From Guillardia theta CCMP2712 (lineage: Eukaryota > Protista > Cryptophyta): a stretch of DNA of 64,000 nt. Numbering within the stretch: the stretch's first letter is position 1; every line of letters begins with the position of its first letter. A program made the position numbers and the translations under genes. Location: positions 472,974 to 536,973 of the forward strand of contig NW_005434648.1 in the NCBI RefSeq assembly GCF_000315625.1. Reading direction: 5' to 3'. A model generated the notes under the pieces. The model saw only the letters and a list, made by a program, of their open reading frames with translations, ran no database searches and had not been told where the DNA came from. This document shows positions 27,129 to 39,200 of the stretch, piece by piece.

Positions 27129-30100
27129 ATGTCATCCCGCGCAGCGAGTCAAACGCTTCCCGCTAGTATCCCGCAGAGTATAGAATCGGTAGGGAAGGCA
27201 CGGGTTGCGAGCTGGGTGGGATCGGGACTAGGAACGGAGTCTTCGCTCTCCCAGAGGATCAAACACTTTGACAAGAGTTCCAATGGCAGCTTCGAGGACG
27301 ACCTGAGGCTCGCTGACTGCGGACAACAGATCCGGAGCGGTCACTTAGAGAAGAAGATAGCAGGCACTGTAGTGACGTGGATAACCCAAGGGGTGGTGCT
27401 AACGAATACGAAGATCTGCTTTCTTATCGACGAAGGTGAGATCAATGAGGATCAGAGCGTTATCGACTACATTCCTCTGCATGAAGTCAAGCAGCTGATT
27501 GTCGAGGGTGAAAACAAACTTGAGACAGACAAGAAGCTTTGTCTTGTCATCCGCACAGTAGAAGGAGGGTACAACTCCGGGCGCACGTATGTTTACCGGA
27601 TGAAGACAGAGGGAGAGTGCTTGTCTTGGCATGCAGACATCTCAAAAGCGTTTGAGCAAGCCTTGAAGAACAGCAAGAAGCATTCTGAGAGGAAGGCGAT
27701 TGGAGGCAGCAAATTCAACTGGCTGCGGTTCAAGGCTGGGAAAGTTATCAACGCTGGCATGACAAAATCAGGTAAGGGGGAAGGGGAAGGGAATAAAAGC
27801 GCTCATGATGCTCTTGCAGTGATTTCCTTGCTGATTCTCCTGAACTTCACTGTGGACATCCTGGAAGCTGAACGCCTCCCGAATCCCTCTTCCAACATTG
27901 GAACCTTCATTCATGCAGCGAGGATACTTATCATCGCCTCCTTCACCGTCGAAGTTTTCGTATCAGCCTTCGCGTTATCGGAGGGTCATTTCAAGCTCTT
28001 CTACTCGAACCCCTGGAACCTAATGGACCTTATAGTCGTCCTCGTCTCTCTTGCCGTGATCTACTTCGATACGCACCCGCAGCTGAAAGTCCTCGGGCTC
28101 GTGCGGAATTTCAGGTGCGAGCAGAGGAGAGAGCAGAGGACGTGTGGAAGCTGATGACGACTTGGCTCAGGCTAGCGATTGTGTTCCGACAAGTCAAGAG
28201 CTTGAACAGGATCATGACAGCGCTAGGAAGGGCCGTGGTTCCTCTTCTCAACGCTTTCATCCTCCTGCTGCTCGTTTCTTGCTTCTATGCCATCTTGGGG
28301 ACACACTTGTTCAAGAATTTTGATGAGAACTTCTTCGGGTCTTTCAGCGCATCGCTCTTGTAAGGAAGCTTTTGTCTGCAAACTTTGATGGAGGGTAGGA
28401 GTTCAGGAGAAGAAACGAGAGATGGGAGGGGGGCGTTGACGCAGGAATTGAGAGTCTTATGTTCAAGGGAAAGAATTGGGTAGAAAGCCGGAGGAGATGA
28501 GGAGTGAAAGACGATTGCACTTCGCCAGGGAAAGAAAGATGTACACGGACCAGTGAATGGATGTTGAGGGAGGGAGGGAGGGAGGGAGGGAGGGAGGGAG
28601 GGAGTGGGAGCAAGGAGGGAGCTATGACTGACTGACTGTGTCTTGCTTGCTCGATGGCTGCGACGTGATGGATTGGTTGATGACTACGGCGTTCTAGCAC
28701 ATGTAAGTGTAGAGGAAAAGAGCAGGAGCAGGAGACTGATTGAGAGGCAGTGTTTCAGATGATGACGGGGGACTCGTGGGCGAGTTCAGTCACGAGGACG
28801 CTGTTCGATGAGGTGGGGCCGGACAATGAGCTGCGAGGAAACTTGAACCGACGAGTGGCCCTGTTCTCGGTCTCCTATGTGATGATCGCGACCATAGTCC
28901 TGGTGAACATCGTGGTGGCTGTGCTGTTGGACGAGTTCATAGCCTCGGTGACAAGGGAGAAGGAAGAGCACGAGAAGCAGCTCAAGCAGCAGAAGGAAGT
29001 GGAAGCGAAGGCGTCAAGGATCTCCGGGGTGCTGGATCCTTTGCTCCTGACTATCTCGTCCTTCAACGATAGTTTGGACCTTTCCAAGCGCATCTCGCAA
29101 ATGTACAACTCCCTTGATGCTGACGGGTGAAGAGGAGGAAGAAGTGATGGAGACAGGAGGAGCTGAATAGTTTGCAGAGGGGGGACTGTGAGCTTCAACG
29201 AGTTCAACCACGGGCTGAAGCAGCTGCAGCTGCCGACTCCGATCCATATCACTCTTGACGACTACGACGTCATCACGGAGGGAGGGAGGCTCTGCAATGC
29301 CAAGGGAGAGTTTGACGCCGACCACTTCCAGGCTATGTGAGGCGGTGGAGGGACGGAGGGACGGAGGAAGGCAGGAGGAAGGCAGGAAGAGAAGGAATGA
29401 CGTCTTGCTCTAGGATCAAGGGCGAGTTGAAACGATACGCACAACGATGCGCGGCAAACACTATGTCGGAAACAGAGAGGCAAGAGTAAGTCAGAGCAAG
29501 AGGATTGAGTTGGGGTTGAGTGAGAGGAGGATGGAGAAGGAGGAGGGGTGAGAGGTGAGGTGCTGAACGTTGTGGGGCAGGGAACATTCCATCCTGTTCA
29601 TTCTGAAGCTCCTAACGATGACCGTCGAGGAGATTCATGCGGGGATGAAGCACTTGGAAGACCAGCAGGCGGCATTGAGGCGAGTAGGCGAGGAGCTGAA
29701 AGCGAGCAGAAGAGAGCAGAACATTCAACACATGGAGGTTTGCGAACTGCTACAGCAGGTGATACAGAAGATGGGGTTTGAGGCGTCGAGACAGCAGTTG
29801 TCGAGCACGTCAGGCCCTGTGAGCTATCCTCCTCGCTCCTCCTCGCTCCTCCTCGCTCCTCCTCGCTCCTCCTCTCCCCCCCTCGCTTCCACTGCCCCAC
29901 TTGAACTCACTCGTTCGTCCGCAGAGCAAGAGAGAGGTGACTCCTGCCACGGTGCGTTAGGGAGCCAGCAGCACGTCCAGCTGACCGTTTGACAGGCGGT
30001 AAGGCTGCCAGAAGTCCAGCTGACAGACTCCAGAGAGGTCGAGAGCCGCTCCGATCAGGTACCGCGAGGAGGCAGGGAGTGAAGGAGCTGATCCCCTTCA

Positions 30101-30548
30101 GAACCTCTACAGCAACGTGTGCTTCCCTCCTACCCCGAGGATGAGCAGCAATGAGAGAGCGAGAGCGAAGGGGCGGGGGAGCGAGCGAGTCCCCCCGGCC
30201 TCCAGCGTTTCTGTAAACGACTGTAAGGGTCAGGTCCTAACCTTGAAGATCGCAAACCCCAGGAAGCTCCCGAGGGCCCAGCCGTCGCTTCTTCAAGCAG
30301 AGAAAACAGAGGAGCAGCTGCACTTTAGCCAGGGCAGCGAGAGAGAGCGAGACGAGAGGTCGAAGACAGAGAGGGTCGCTCAGCTGACGCTGCACAACGG
30401 CAGCAAGGAGGGGAGAACATCGCGTTCGCGGTTGGCGGCGGAGTTCCTGCTGGTGAGTCAGCAAGGAAGAGACGAGGCCGCCAAGGTGAAGGGCAGGCGT
30501 TCAGGTCAGAGCCAAGTCAAACTGCCTCACTTGTCCTCCGCCGAGTAA
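27129..30548 (+). CDS. Single-domain (1x6TM) voltage-gated Na/Ca-type channel (EukCat-like) with N-terminal PH domain and C-terminal EF-hand and coiled coil
   Basis: PH: IRSGHLEKK...WITQGVVLTNTKICF...IDYIPLHEV...GRTYVYRMKTEGECLSW. S3: NPWNLMDLIVV. S4: KVLGLVRNFRLAIVFRQVKSL. S5: FILLLLVSCFYAILGTHLF. Pore: SLFTLFQMMTGDSWAS. S6: VLVNIVVAVLLDEF. EF loop: DADGGGTVSFNE. Confidence 0.88.
28698..28702 (+). other. 5-nt micro-exon (CACAT) in the channel pore helix
   Basis: Flanked by ttctAG and GTAAGT; restores the frame to give ASL-F-T-L-FQMMTGDSW. Confidence 0.8.
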
Positions 30549-31166
30549 GAGTCTGATATGTAGTTCAGTAGTGAACACCTAACAGTGACTGCTGCTATCC
30601 CCGGGTCGGGGGTTACTAGTTAGACCGAAAGGCCGCGTGACTCTGAGATTCCTGGCCCGAACTGACGAAAAGTAACTTTTCCTTGGTTTTTCCTGGGCGA
30701 AAGCCAACAGCCTCGGAAGTTTTTAAACCGTTGAACAGTAATGCGGCCCGGTTCAGGGCCCGGCCCGGGGGCCGGTTCTGTGCCGGTTCTGCCAGTGACT
30801 GAATCGGGATCAGGGGAGGGACGAGGGGCCGTGGTCATGAGGAGGGATGAGGGATATGGGGTTAAGGATGAGGTTTTTTATGGGAGTGAGGGCGTTGGAG
30901 ACGGAGAGTATGCAGAAGAGCGAGGGAGAGGACAAGAAGAAGAGCGAGGGAGAGGACAAGGAGAAGAGGGAGGGAGCAAGCGAGTCAACGAGGGATGGAG
31001 GGTGGACCCTGGGATCGACTGCAGGAAAGTGTCTCACATGTCCATGTACTGACAAAGGCTGTGGTACAGGTTATGTAGAGTGATGGCGAGCGTTTCATAC
31101 AGTTGAAGGATGCAGAAGTGTGATAGTTCTGGATAATATCCATGAGACAACTTTGAATCATACTGG

Positions 31167-33711
31167 ATGCCAAAATCATTGTTGTCCATGCTTCTTTTCC
31201 TCTTGCTGTGTGCATCAATGCCCACCAAATCGGAGTTTGCTGCAGACCAAGCATTGCAGGGTCGGTTGCATGGCCGAAGGTTGTTACAGTACTTTGGGAT
31301 CTCAAGTTTCGACATGAGAGAATCGCGACTGGTGGTGTCTGGTGGTTGCCTTCTCGACCTTGCCACGAGCATGAACAGAGCGTGCGCATTGATCACCGAG
31401 ACGGTTCCCTACTACTACATAGATCCTACGACGAGGACAATCCAAGTGAACCAAACTCTCACCACCAGTGATGTACGATGGGTGTGCTGGGGCGCGGCAT
31501 ACACCAACCCCTTCCCGAACATTGACATCTCTCTGTACTCGGACTTCTCAGTCGGCTATGGATTCAAGACCATGGTCACGTCCTGTGGTGTTGAGATCGG
31601 GACGAATTTCCTCGCTTGCTTCGGTGCCAACGATCCAAGCGTGTCCTCGACAGGAGCCAAGATCGGAGGTCAGGCCGATCCTCCTGCTGGGAAGTTCTCG
31701 CAAGTTAGTGTGGGAGGGCTGCATGCTTGTGCCATCACCAACTTTGCGGACACGGCAACATCCTACCGCTCGAATCTTGTTTGCTGGGGGAACAACAGGT
31801 CAGAGATGGAGCGAGTGGTGTTGACTTTGTGGATGATGATGGCTGTGTTGACAGGATGGGACAAACAACGGTTCCTGCTATTGTGCAGGTTTCCATTCTT
31901 ACAACCATCAACTACACGTACGTTCAGGTTGGACCTCGTCGTCTTGTTCCTCATGTTTGGTTGATGTCTGTGCACCAGTTGGGATACGAATACTCCTGCG
32001 CCCTCAGGAGTGACAACCGGTTGACTTGCTTCGGGTCAGACCTGGACCAATCCCTTGACATGCCGGATCGTGTGCTTGTACGTCAAACGTGCGACTCTGA
32101 ACTCTGAGTGACGAGGAGGAACTGGCAGGCCACCAACACGAAGAACGGAGGGTACATGTCGTCGGTGAGCATGAGGAGCGGACAAGAGGGATTATCGCGA
32201 TCATTTCGTTGTTCTTCCAGGGCTCTTCATATGGCTGCTGTCATGATTGCTCGCAGTGCGACTGCTCTACGGTCTCCCACGCGGGTGCGAGCGGGCAACG
32301 TCAGCTCGCCGAGGGTTGACTGTCATACAGGTGTAGGGGCAAGGTGTTTGGAGCAGCAGCGGATCTCTGTCACCTGGTACCACACGTGTGCGATTCGGGC
32401 AGGTTGCGATGTGCAGGTGATTTGAGGAGGAGGAGGAGGAGGAGGTAGATGACACAGCCTCCAGTGCCAGGGCAAGAACCCAAAATGTACCTCAGGGAGT
32501 TTGAGCACCTGGTGGGCATCATGTCGTGTATTGATTTGTATTTGATCTCACCTTGCAGGTACGCCAAAGACACAAGCTGCTTCTGCAACTCTTGTGTCAG
32601 ACCGCATGAAATGGAGGTGATTCGATCCCACGTGCTGCTCTCTTGTGAGGTTTCTCAGTGCTGGGGATACAACGCATGGGGAAACGCAAACGCGCCTCCT
32701 GGAAAGTTCAAAGTGGTATGTACTCCTCCATCCTCTTTCCGCGCGATCAGGTTGAGGGTGCCGGAACAGGTCAAAGCTGACGTGGACTTCACCTGCGCCA
32801 TCTATGCTGAGTGCAACAACAAGTAATGAGGCTGGTCCCTCATGCCTGCCTAACTCGCTGGCAGAGATGTTCTCGACGTCGTTGTGCCAGGGACGGGAAA
32901 GTCTCAGTGCCAGCTCGCAAACAACATTGTGTGCTTTGGCAGGTGCGAAAGAGACGAGGGAGAGGGAGAGGGAGAGGGAGAGGGAGAGGGAGAGGGAGAG
33001 GGAGAGGGAGAGGGAGAGGGAGAGGGAGAGGGAGAGGGAGAGGAGGGAGAGGGAGGAGGTGGAAGGAGGAAACGAAGGGGAANNNNNNNNNNNNNNNNNN
33101 NNNNNNNNNNNNNNNNNNNNNNNNNNNNNNNNNNNNNNNNNNNNNNNNNNNNNNNNNNNNNNNNNNNNNNNNNNNNNNNNNNGGGAGAGGGAGAGGTGAA
33201 GGAGAAACAAGGGGAAGGGAGTCCGAGGAAAGGGAGAGTGCTCATTGCGAAGGTGAGGGGGCTGATAAAACAGTAGAAACAATCAGGGCCAAGTGAGTCC
33301 TCCCTCCGACATGTGCAACGGAGCCGCCCAGGCAAGTATGGAAGTGAAGGATGTTGGCAGTGACGATGAAAACCAGGCGAGACTCGAGGCAGAGGCAAGA
33401 CTCAACAACACAATCTTCGCTACTCCTGCTCCTCCCACTCCGAGGTGTCCTATCACTCTTCCTGCCTTGCTCCTTCTCCCCACCTCTCCCCTTCCAAACT
33501 TGTCCTCTCCTCCTCCCTTCCTGTAGCTCATCCGTGTCGCAGGCCCGCGTGCATCTGTACTCCGCAAGGGTGTGACTGTCTTGGGGAGTACCCGAGACTT
33601 CAGTTCGAGTCTGCATGTCGCCCTCGCTGCCATCTCCTCCTCTCCCTCCTCGTCTGTGGTGAGCATATGAAGCTTCAAGTCGCTCCTCCTAACCAGATGT
33701 GTGGGGACTAG
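31167..33711 (+). CDS. Secreted RCC1/BLIP-II-like (crinkly-repeat) beta-propeller protein with Cys-rich segments
   Basis: Signal MLLFLLLCASMPT; repeats GQADPPAGKFSQVSVGGLHACAI, LVCWGNN, YEYSCALRSDNRLTCFG, ISVTWYHTCAI, QCWGYNAWGNANAPPGKFK; spans an assembly gap. Confidence 0.7.
32956..33045 (+). repeat. (GAGAGG)n intronic microsatellite next to the gap
   Basis: Tandem hexamer run. Confidence 0.9.
33083..33182. other. Assembly gap (100 N)
   Basis: Run of n. Confidence 1.
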
Positions 33712-33756
33712 GATTGCTGCTGCTCGCGCAGTCTTAACTGGAGGAGAGAGGCTCAC

Positions 33757-34323
33757 TTATTCTTTCATCGATGTCTGTTTGGAAAGGTTGTAAACTAAAG
33801 GTGCGAAAATCAAGTCATGGGAGCTCAACACATTATCTCCTGGGGTCCACTGGTCGTCGGGGAGTATTCTCCGGGAGATCAGCGTACTCCTATGAAGCCA
33901 TCGACAACTTGTCAAGATTTGAGTGGTGGAGGGTGGGGAAGAATAGAGGAGGGGAACGGAAGACAAGAGGAAGGAAGGCTGAAGCAGAGGAGAACGGTCT
34001 CCGCGGGAGGGGGGGAGCAAGCAAGAGAACGAAGGACTGAGGCATGGTGGAATGGAGATGAGAGGACGGATGAGGGAATCGAGGGAGGGAGGGAGGGAGG
34101 GAGGGAGGGAGGGAGGAAACATGGGCAACAAGACTAGGTGGTCAAGAAAAGATTCTCACCTTGTAGCCAATGTACTGCCTGGTCTGCGCATACTTGGAGA
34201 GATCAGGAGGGAGATCCACGAGGATTTCGCCATCCTCAACCTACAGGTTTGATTAGACAGCTAAATTCTCCTGCTCTTCCCGCCCGCCCCCATCTCACTC
34301 CTTCACCTCTACTACTTATTCCT

Positions 34324-34411
<88 letters not shown>

Positions 34412-35260
34412 TACTCGTCCCCTTCCGGCTGCTGCTGCTGCTGCTCCTTCCACTCCTGCTCCTGCTTCTCTCACCTTCACGCCATAAACAGCTGCAGGGG
34501 CTGCCTTCTCTCCCGTCGGGTTGACGGACTTGGCCATGGGCGCGACAAACTGTCCGATCTTGTTGCCGATGCTCTCAGTGCCTGGGGAAGAGCGATGAGG
34601 GCCAGACACTCACATCCTCCCTCTCTTGCCTTTGATGCCAAACACAGACTCCGACCAGACCTGAGAGGGAGGATGAGACCTCTGTAGGAGGAGAGCCGCG
34701 CAGGCCTACCTTACACTTTCCTTCCTCTTCCAATGAGAACTTGCTCTTGTGGAACGGACAGACAACACAGATGCCATGACGGTCGTCGGAGCCAGTGATC
34801 TGCAAGCAGCTCAGCTGCACACCTAACGTGCTGTCCTCGTCACCTGCCCTCGCTTCAAGCTCAGCCCGAGATGGGGGCACTTGTTGTTGAAGGCAAAAAG
34901 TTTGCCCTCCTTCTTGGTAACTACGAGCTTGATGTTCCTTGCAGTGACAACCTTGGACTGACCCTCGGCAACATCAGCCTCCTTGAGGTCAACAGAGACA
35001 TAGTGCATCTTCAACCCTGCGCCTTCACTCACTTCCTATCCAGACTCTCCACTCCCCCAAACTTCACCCGCTGCGCTTCTTCGGGCAGACCGGGGAACCT
35101 GAGCCCGTTGCAAGGAAAGGCTGCCACACTGCTGCAGTGAACGAGGATACGAGAGCACTGAGAAGAAAAATACCTGGAAGGCACGAACTGGCACATATGG
35201 CATGCAGAGATAGATGACACAAATCCATGCAAGCAGGCGCAGGAACTGCATGGAAAACAT
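33757..35260 (-). CDS. Plastid-targeted Rieske [2Fe-2S] ferredoxin-like protein
   Basis: FAFNNKCPHLGLSL...VVCPFHKSKF (CxH...CxxH ligands); leader MFSMQFLRLLAWICVIYLCMPYVPVRA-F. Confidence 0.82.
34325..34410 (+). repeat. (CTGCTC)n intronic microsatellite
   Basis: Tandem hexamer run. Confidence 0.9.
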
Positions 35261-36099
35261 CTGCAAGTACCAAACCATCAGCCAAGAAGCATCAGTTGCT
35301 TCTACCACATATAGCGCCTCTCCACATGCATAGTTCAATCTGCTGGCTACACCTCTTGTACGCACAAACGTTCATCCCAATCAATTCTTTTCCCAGGCCC
35401 TCAAGTTTGATCCTTAGTCGTGTGTAAAATCGTTTCGGGTGAAATGATTCTTGTCCTCCTCTGCTATCCAGCATTCTCTTCCCTCAGCTAGTATCCATAC
35501 TGGGTTCTCTCTTCCTCTCCCTCTCTCCCTCTTCCTCTCTCGTTCTCCCTCTCACCCTCTTCATCTATCGTTCTCCCTCTCTTCCTCCTCCTTCCCTTCC
35601 TCTCTTCCTCCTTCTTCCTTCCCTATCTTCCTCCATCCTCCACTCTCGTCTGCCTTCGTCATCTCCATTCATTCGGCCTCACCCCTACCCCACCCCCACT
35701 CATCTATGATCTCAATATCCTTATCACCCCCTCTTTTACAGTATATATCAGGGGTACAATGGCACTTTTCCACTCACCCCCACCTACTTTCTATCATTCA
35801 TGTCTACACGCCTGGACCCTACCGATTGTGCGATTTCCTTTTAAAGATTGTATCTCAAAAATTTCCAATATTTTATCTTTATAATTCAAATTTGAGAACT
35901 ATATTGTATATTTTTGAAAACTTTAATACCACCCCACCCGTGGTTAAAATGTTTAGGGAAATAAGCTGTAACACAGAGTTGAATCGATTTAAAGAAGAGA
36001 TTCAAATCGGTTCGCATCCATTGGAATCACAGTTGACAACCGTTGGCTCATGCTGCTTTTTCTGGAACACAAGCACACAAGAAGAGGAGGAGGAGCAGG

Positions 36100-36163
<64 letters not shown>

Positions 36164-36223
36164 CTCCGCTGATTAGCTGCAAGGGATACAAAGTGGCAGT
36201 ACTGAGAACTGCAACGAGTGAAC

Positions 36224-39200
36224 ATGGTCGGGGCAATCATGCTGGGAAATGACATGAGCCCGGAGGAGCTGGCGGAGGTGGATGGGAAGCCATTGGAGGA
36301 GCTGGCGGAGATCACAGACCTGAAGAAGTTGACGTTGGACCATGTTCATTCCCTCCTCCATCGGTTCAAGAGCGAAGACGACAGGGAGGTGGGGATGGAT
36401 TTGAACAAGTTCAGTCTTGTCTTCGGGAGGGCCTTTCAGAGCCTGGCAGGAGAGACTGTGAGCTCGATCTTTGAGAAGATCGGAAGCGATGAGGATGGAA
36501 GGATTCATTTCAGCCATTTCAGCCATTTCCTCATTGATTGTACTAGGGTGGAGAAGGCATACATCAGCGCCTTCAGGACTAGCGGCATCACGTTGCCGGG
36601 GGACGAGGACTCGCCGCTCAAGGCGAGATGCTCCAAGTCTGTCGCGCTCCCGCCCATCAACGACCTGTCGAAGATGACGCTCAAGCACATGCAAGCCCTC
36701 AGCATGGCCTTCAACAGCAACGACAACGGCGAGGGCCTCGCCATGGAGGACTTCGTCTCGGTGGTGTCGGACGTGCTGCACGGCATGGACCCGGCGGTGC
36801 TGGAGGCTCAGTTCATGAAGATCGATGCGAACTCGGACGGGACAGTCTCATGGGACGAGTTCTCCTCCTACATCCTCGCCCTCGGCACAGCGTCGGAGTC
36901 GTTCGCGCACAAGTTCGAAGGTGGGAACCTGCTGGAGGGGCCGGAGCCAGATCCCAACAGGGACGAGTACCACTCGCACGCCATCTCGCACATAACGTGC
37001 CATCATGGAGCGGAGAAGTACTTCACCATCGCGCTAGAGGACAAGGGGACGTCAACAAAGCCAGCTGAGTCGCTCATTCGACAGTGGAACTCCAAGGCTG
37101 ACGCGAGCGCTGAGATCTTGGGAGCGACGGCGAAGCTGACGGGGAACGCGAGTGTCGTGCTTGCAGTCTCAGTGTTCGGAGACAAGTACGAGTGGAGGAA
37201 CGGGCCGGCGATCAACGTGCTGGCTGTGTCGTCAGTGGACGGCAGGATCCGGTTCTTTGACTGTGAGAAGCTTCTGCTGATAGGAGAGCTGGACTGTGTC
37301 GACGGCGTTTGCACCGCCATGCACAATTTCAGGATCAAGAACGACTCGGGCCCCGACGACGTCTCGCTGGACTTTGGAGGCGAGGAGAAGTCAAAGAGGA
37401 CGCAGAGGCTGAAGGAGGAGAAGGAGTACGAATGGATCTTTGCGTATGGGGACGACGAAGGGAACCTGCGGCTGTTCACGGAAGAGTCGATTATGGAGTC
37501 TTGCAGGAGGTCCTCGTACCTCACCGCCTCCTTCAATTTCATGCACATGAAGCTCTGCAAGGACTGGCTGACTTGGATCCTGTGGATCGACGAGACAGAA
37601 CTGCTATGCATCTCCACCAACGACGCGCAGGTGCTGGTGCTAGAGAACAGGACGGCAAGGGATGCCAACGGCCCCGTCCTCTCCCTCTCTCAGATCCTAC
37701 GATCCCGCCGCAAGAACCTCAAGCTCAATGTCAAGAATGCGTTCCAGGGCCACAGCATGTCCGTCAAGACGTGCGCCTGGTGCAGCGGGAGGAAGGTAGA
37801 GAGACTCATGGCTTGTCCTGTTAGCCTCCTGTTGTCATGTCACTTCTGCTTCCCTTCACAACTACACTTGGAACAGAACCATCTCATCTGAATTTCCTTC
37901 CCCCGACTTCACTTCTTACATCACCTCTACCCCTTCTTTCTCTTCCACTCTCCTCCTCGTCCCCGTCTGTCTCTCTCCTCTCATCCTGTTCAACAGATCA
38001 TGGCGTCCGCCGGGCTAGATCGCTCCGTCATCCTCTGGGATCCGCTGTTTGGACGTGTCTCTGCATCCCTCACAGGGCACAAGAAGGCCATCTTCTCATT
38101 GCAGTACAAGGAGAGAAGAGACATTCTGATCTCGGTCCGTCCCCTCGCATGTTTGTGTTTGCTGCCCATGTTTGATGTTGTGAATGTCGGGAGATGCTTG
38201 GAGGTGTTGTCGCCTGCTGAAACTTTTCTGATCCTCCACTTCTCTCTCCTCTCCTTCTCACTTGCTTCCTGTCAGCTGGACTTGCGGTCAGTCTGCAACT
38301 TCTGGGATCCTTCAAACCTGGTGTGAAGGAGGAGGAGGTGTGGGAAGGGGGGGTCAGGGGCGCAGATTTCTTGAGCTCCCTTCTTACTTCTCCTCCAGGC
38401 TCTTCTCCTCTCCATCGAGCCTCCTCGCACCACCTCCACCTCCACCATCGGCGTCATTAGCGCCATCTTCGTGAACAACAAGACAGACAGGATGATCTTC
38501 GGGAACAAGAAGCTGCAGGTTTGGCAGTTCAAGAGAGTTGGCGACACGGGCGATCAAGCTGAAAGATATCATAAGTGAGCAACTAGCGAAATTGACCTTC
38601 CCTTCTCGGAAGTGCTCCGATTCTCTTGCGACTTTTGACTATTGGGTTTGTAGGGGTGAGATCGTTGCTGCATTGGTCAACCATCAGTTCTACCAGGTGA
38701 AGAGAGTTTTTGTGTTTCAACATGGAACTGAATTATCATTTCCTCCTCCTCCTCCTCCTCCTCCTCCTCCTCCTCCTCATCCTCCTCCTCATCCTCCTCC
38801 TCATCCTCCTCCTCCTCCCTCCTGCACCATCTGCGAGCAGATCGTCTTAGTTGACTCCAACTGCTTCGTGACGGTCTGGGACATCAGCACCGGCAAGCAG
38901 AACACAAACTTCTTCGCCGAGTCAAAACACGACGACGAGATCCCCACATGCGCGAGGTTCGATGACACCTTCAGGCGCCTGGTGGTGAGTAGCTGGGAAT
39001 GTCAAAGTTGACATATGGCTCCTTCTCCTCTGCTCTTTTCTCCCTCCTGTCAACTTCCTACTCCTCCCTCCCTCCTCCCTCCCTCCTCTTTCTTCCTCCT
39101 ACTGTCTCTCTTTTCCTCCTGTCCCGCTGCTCTCCCTCCACCTCCTCCTCCTTGCGTCATCTTCGCCTCACTCGTCGACTCTCAGGTTCTCTACAGCCAG

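Noticed and set aside
35451-36176. 241-aa ORF
   Set aside because: Low-complexity intergenic sequence between divergent genes
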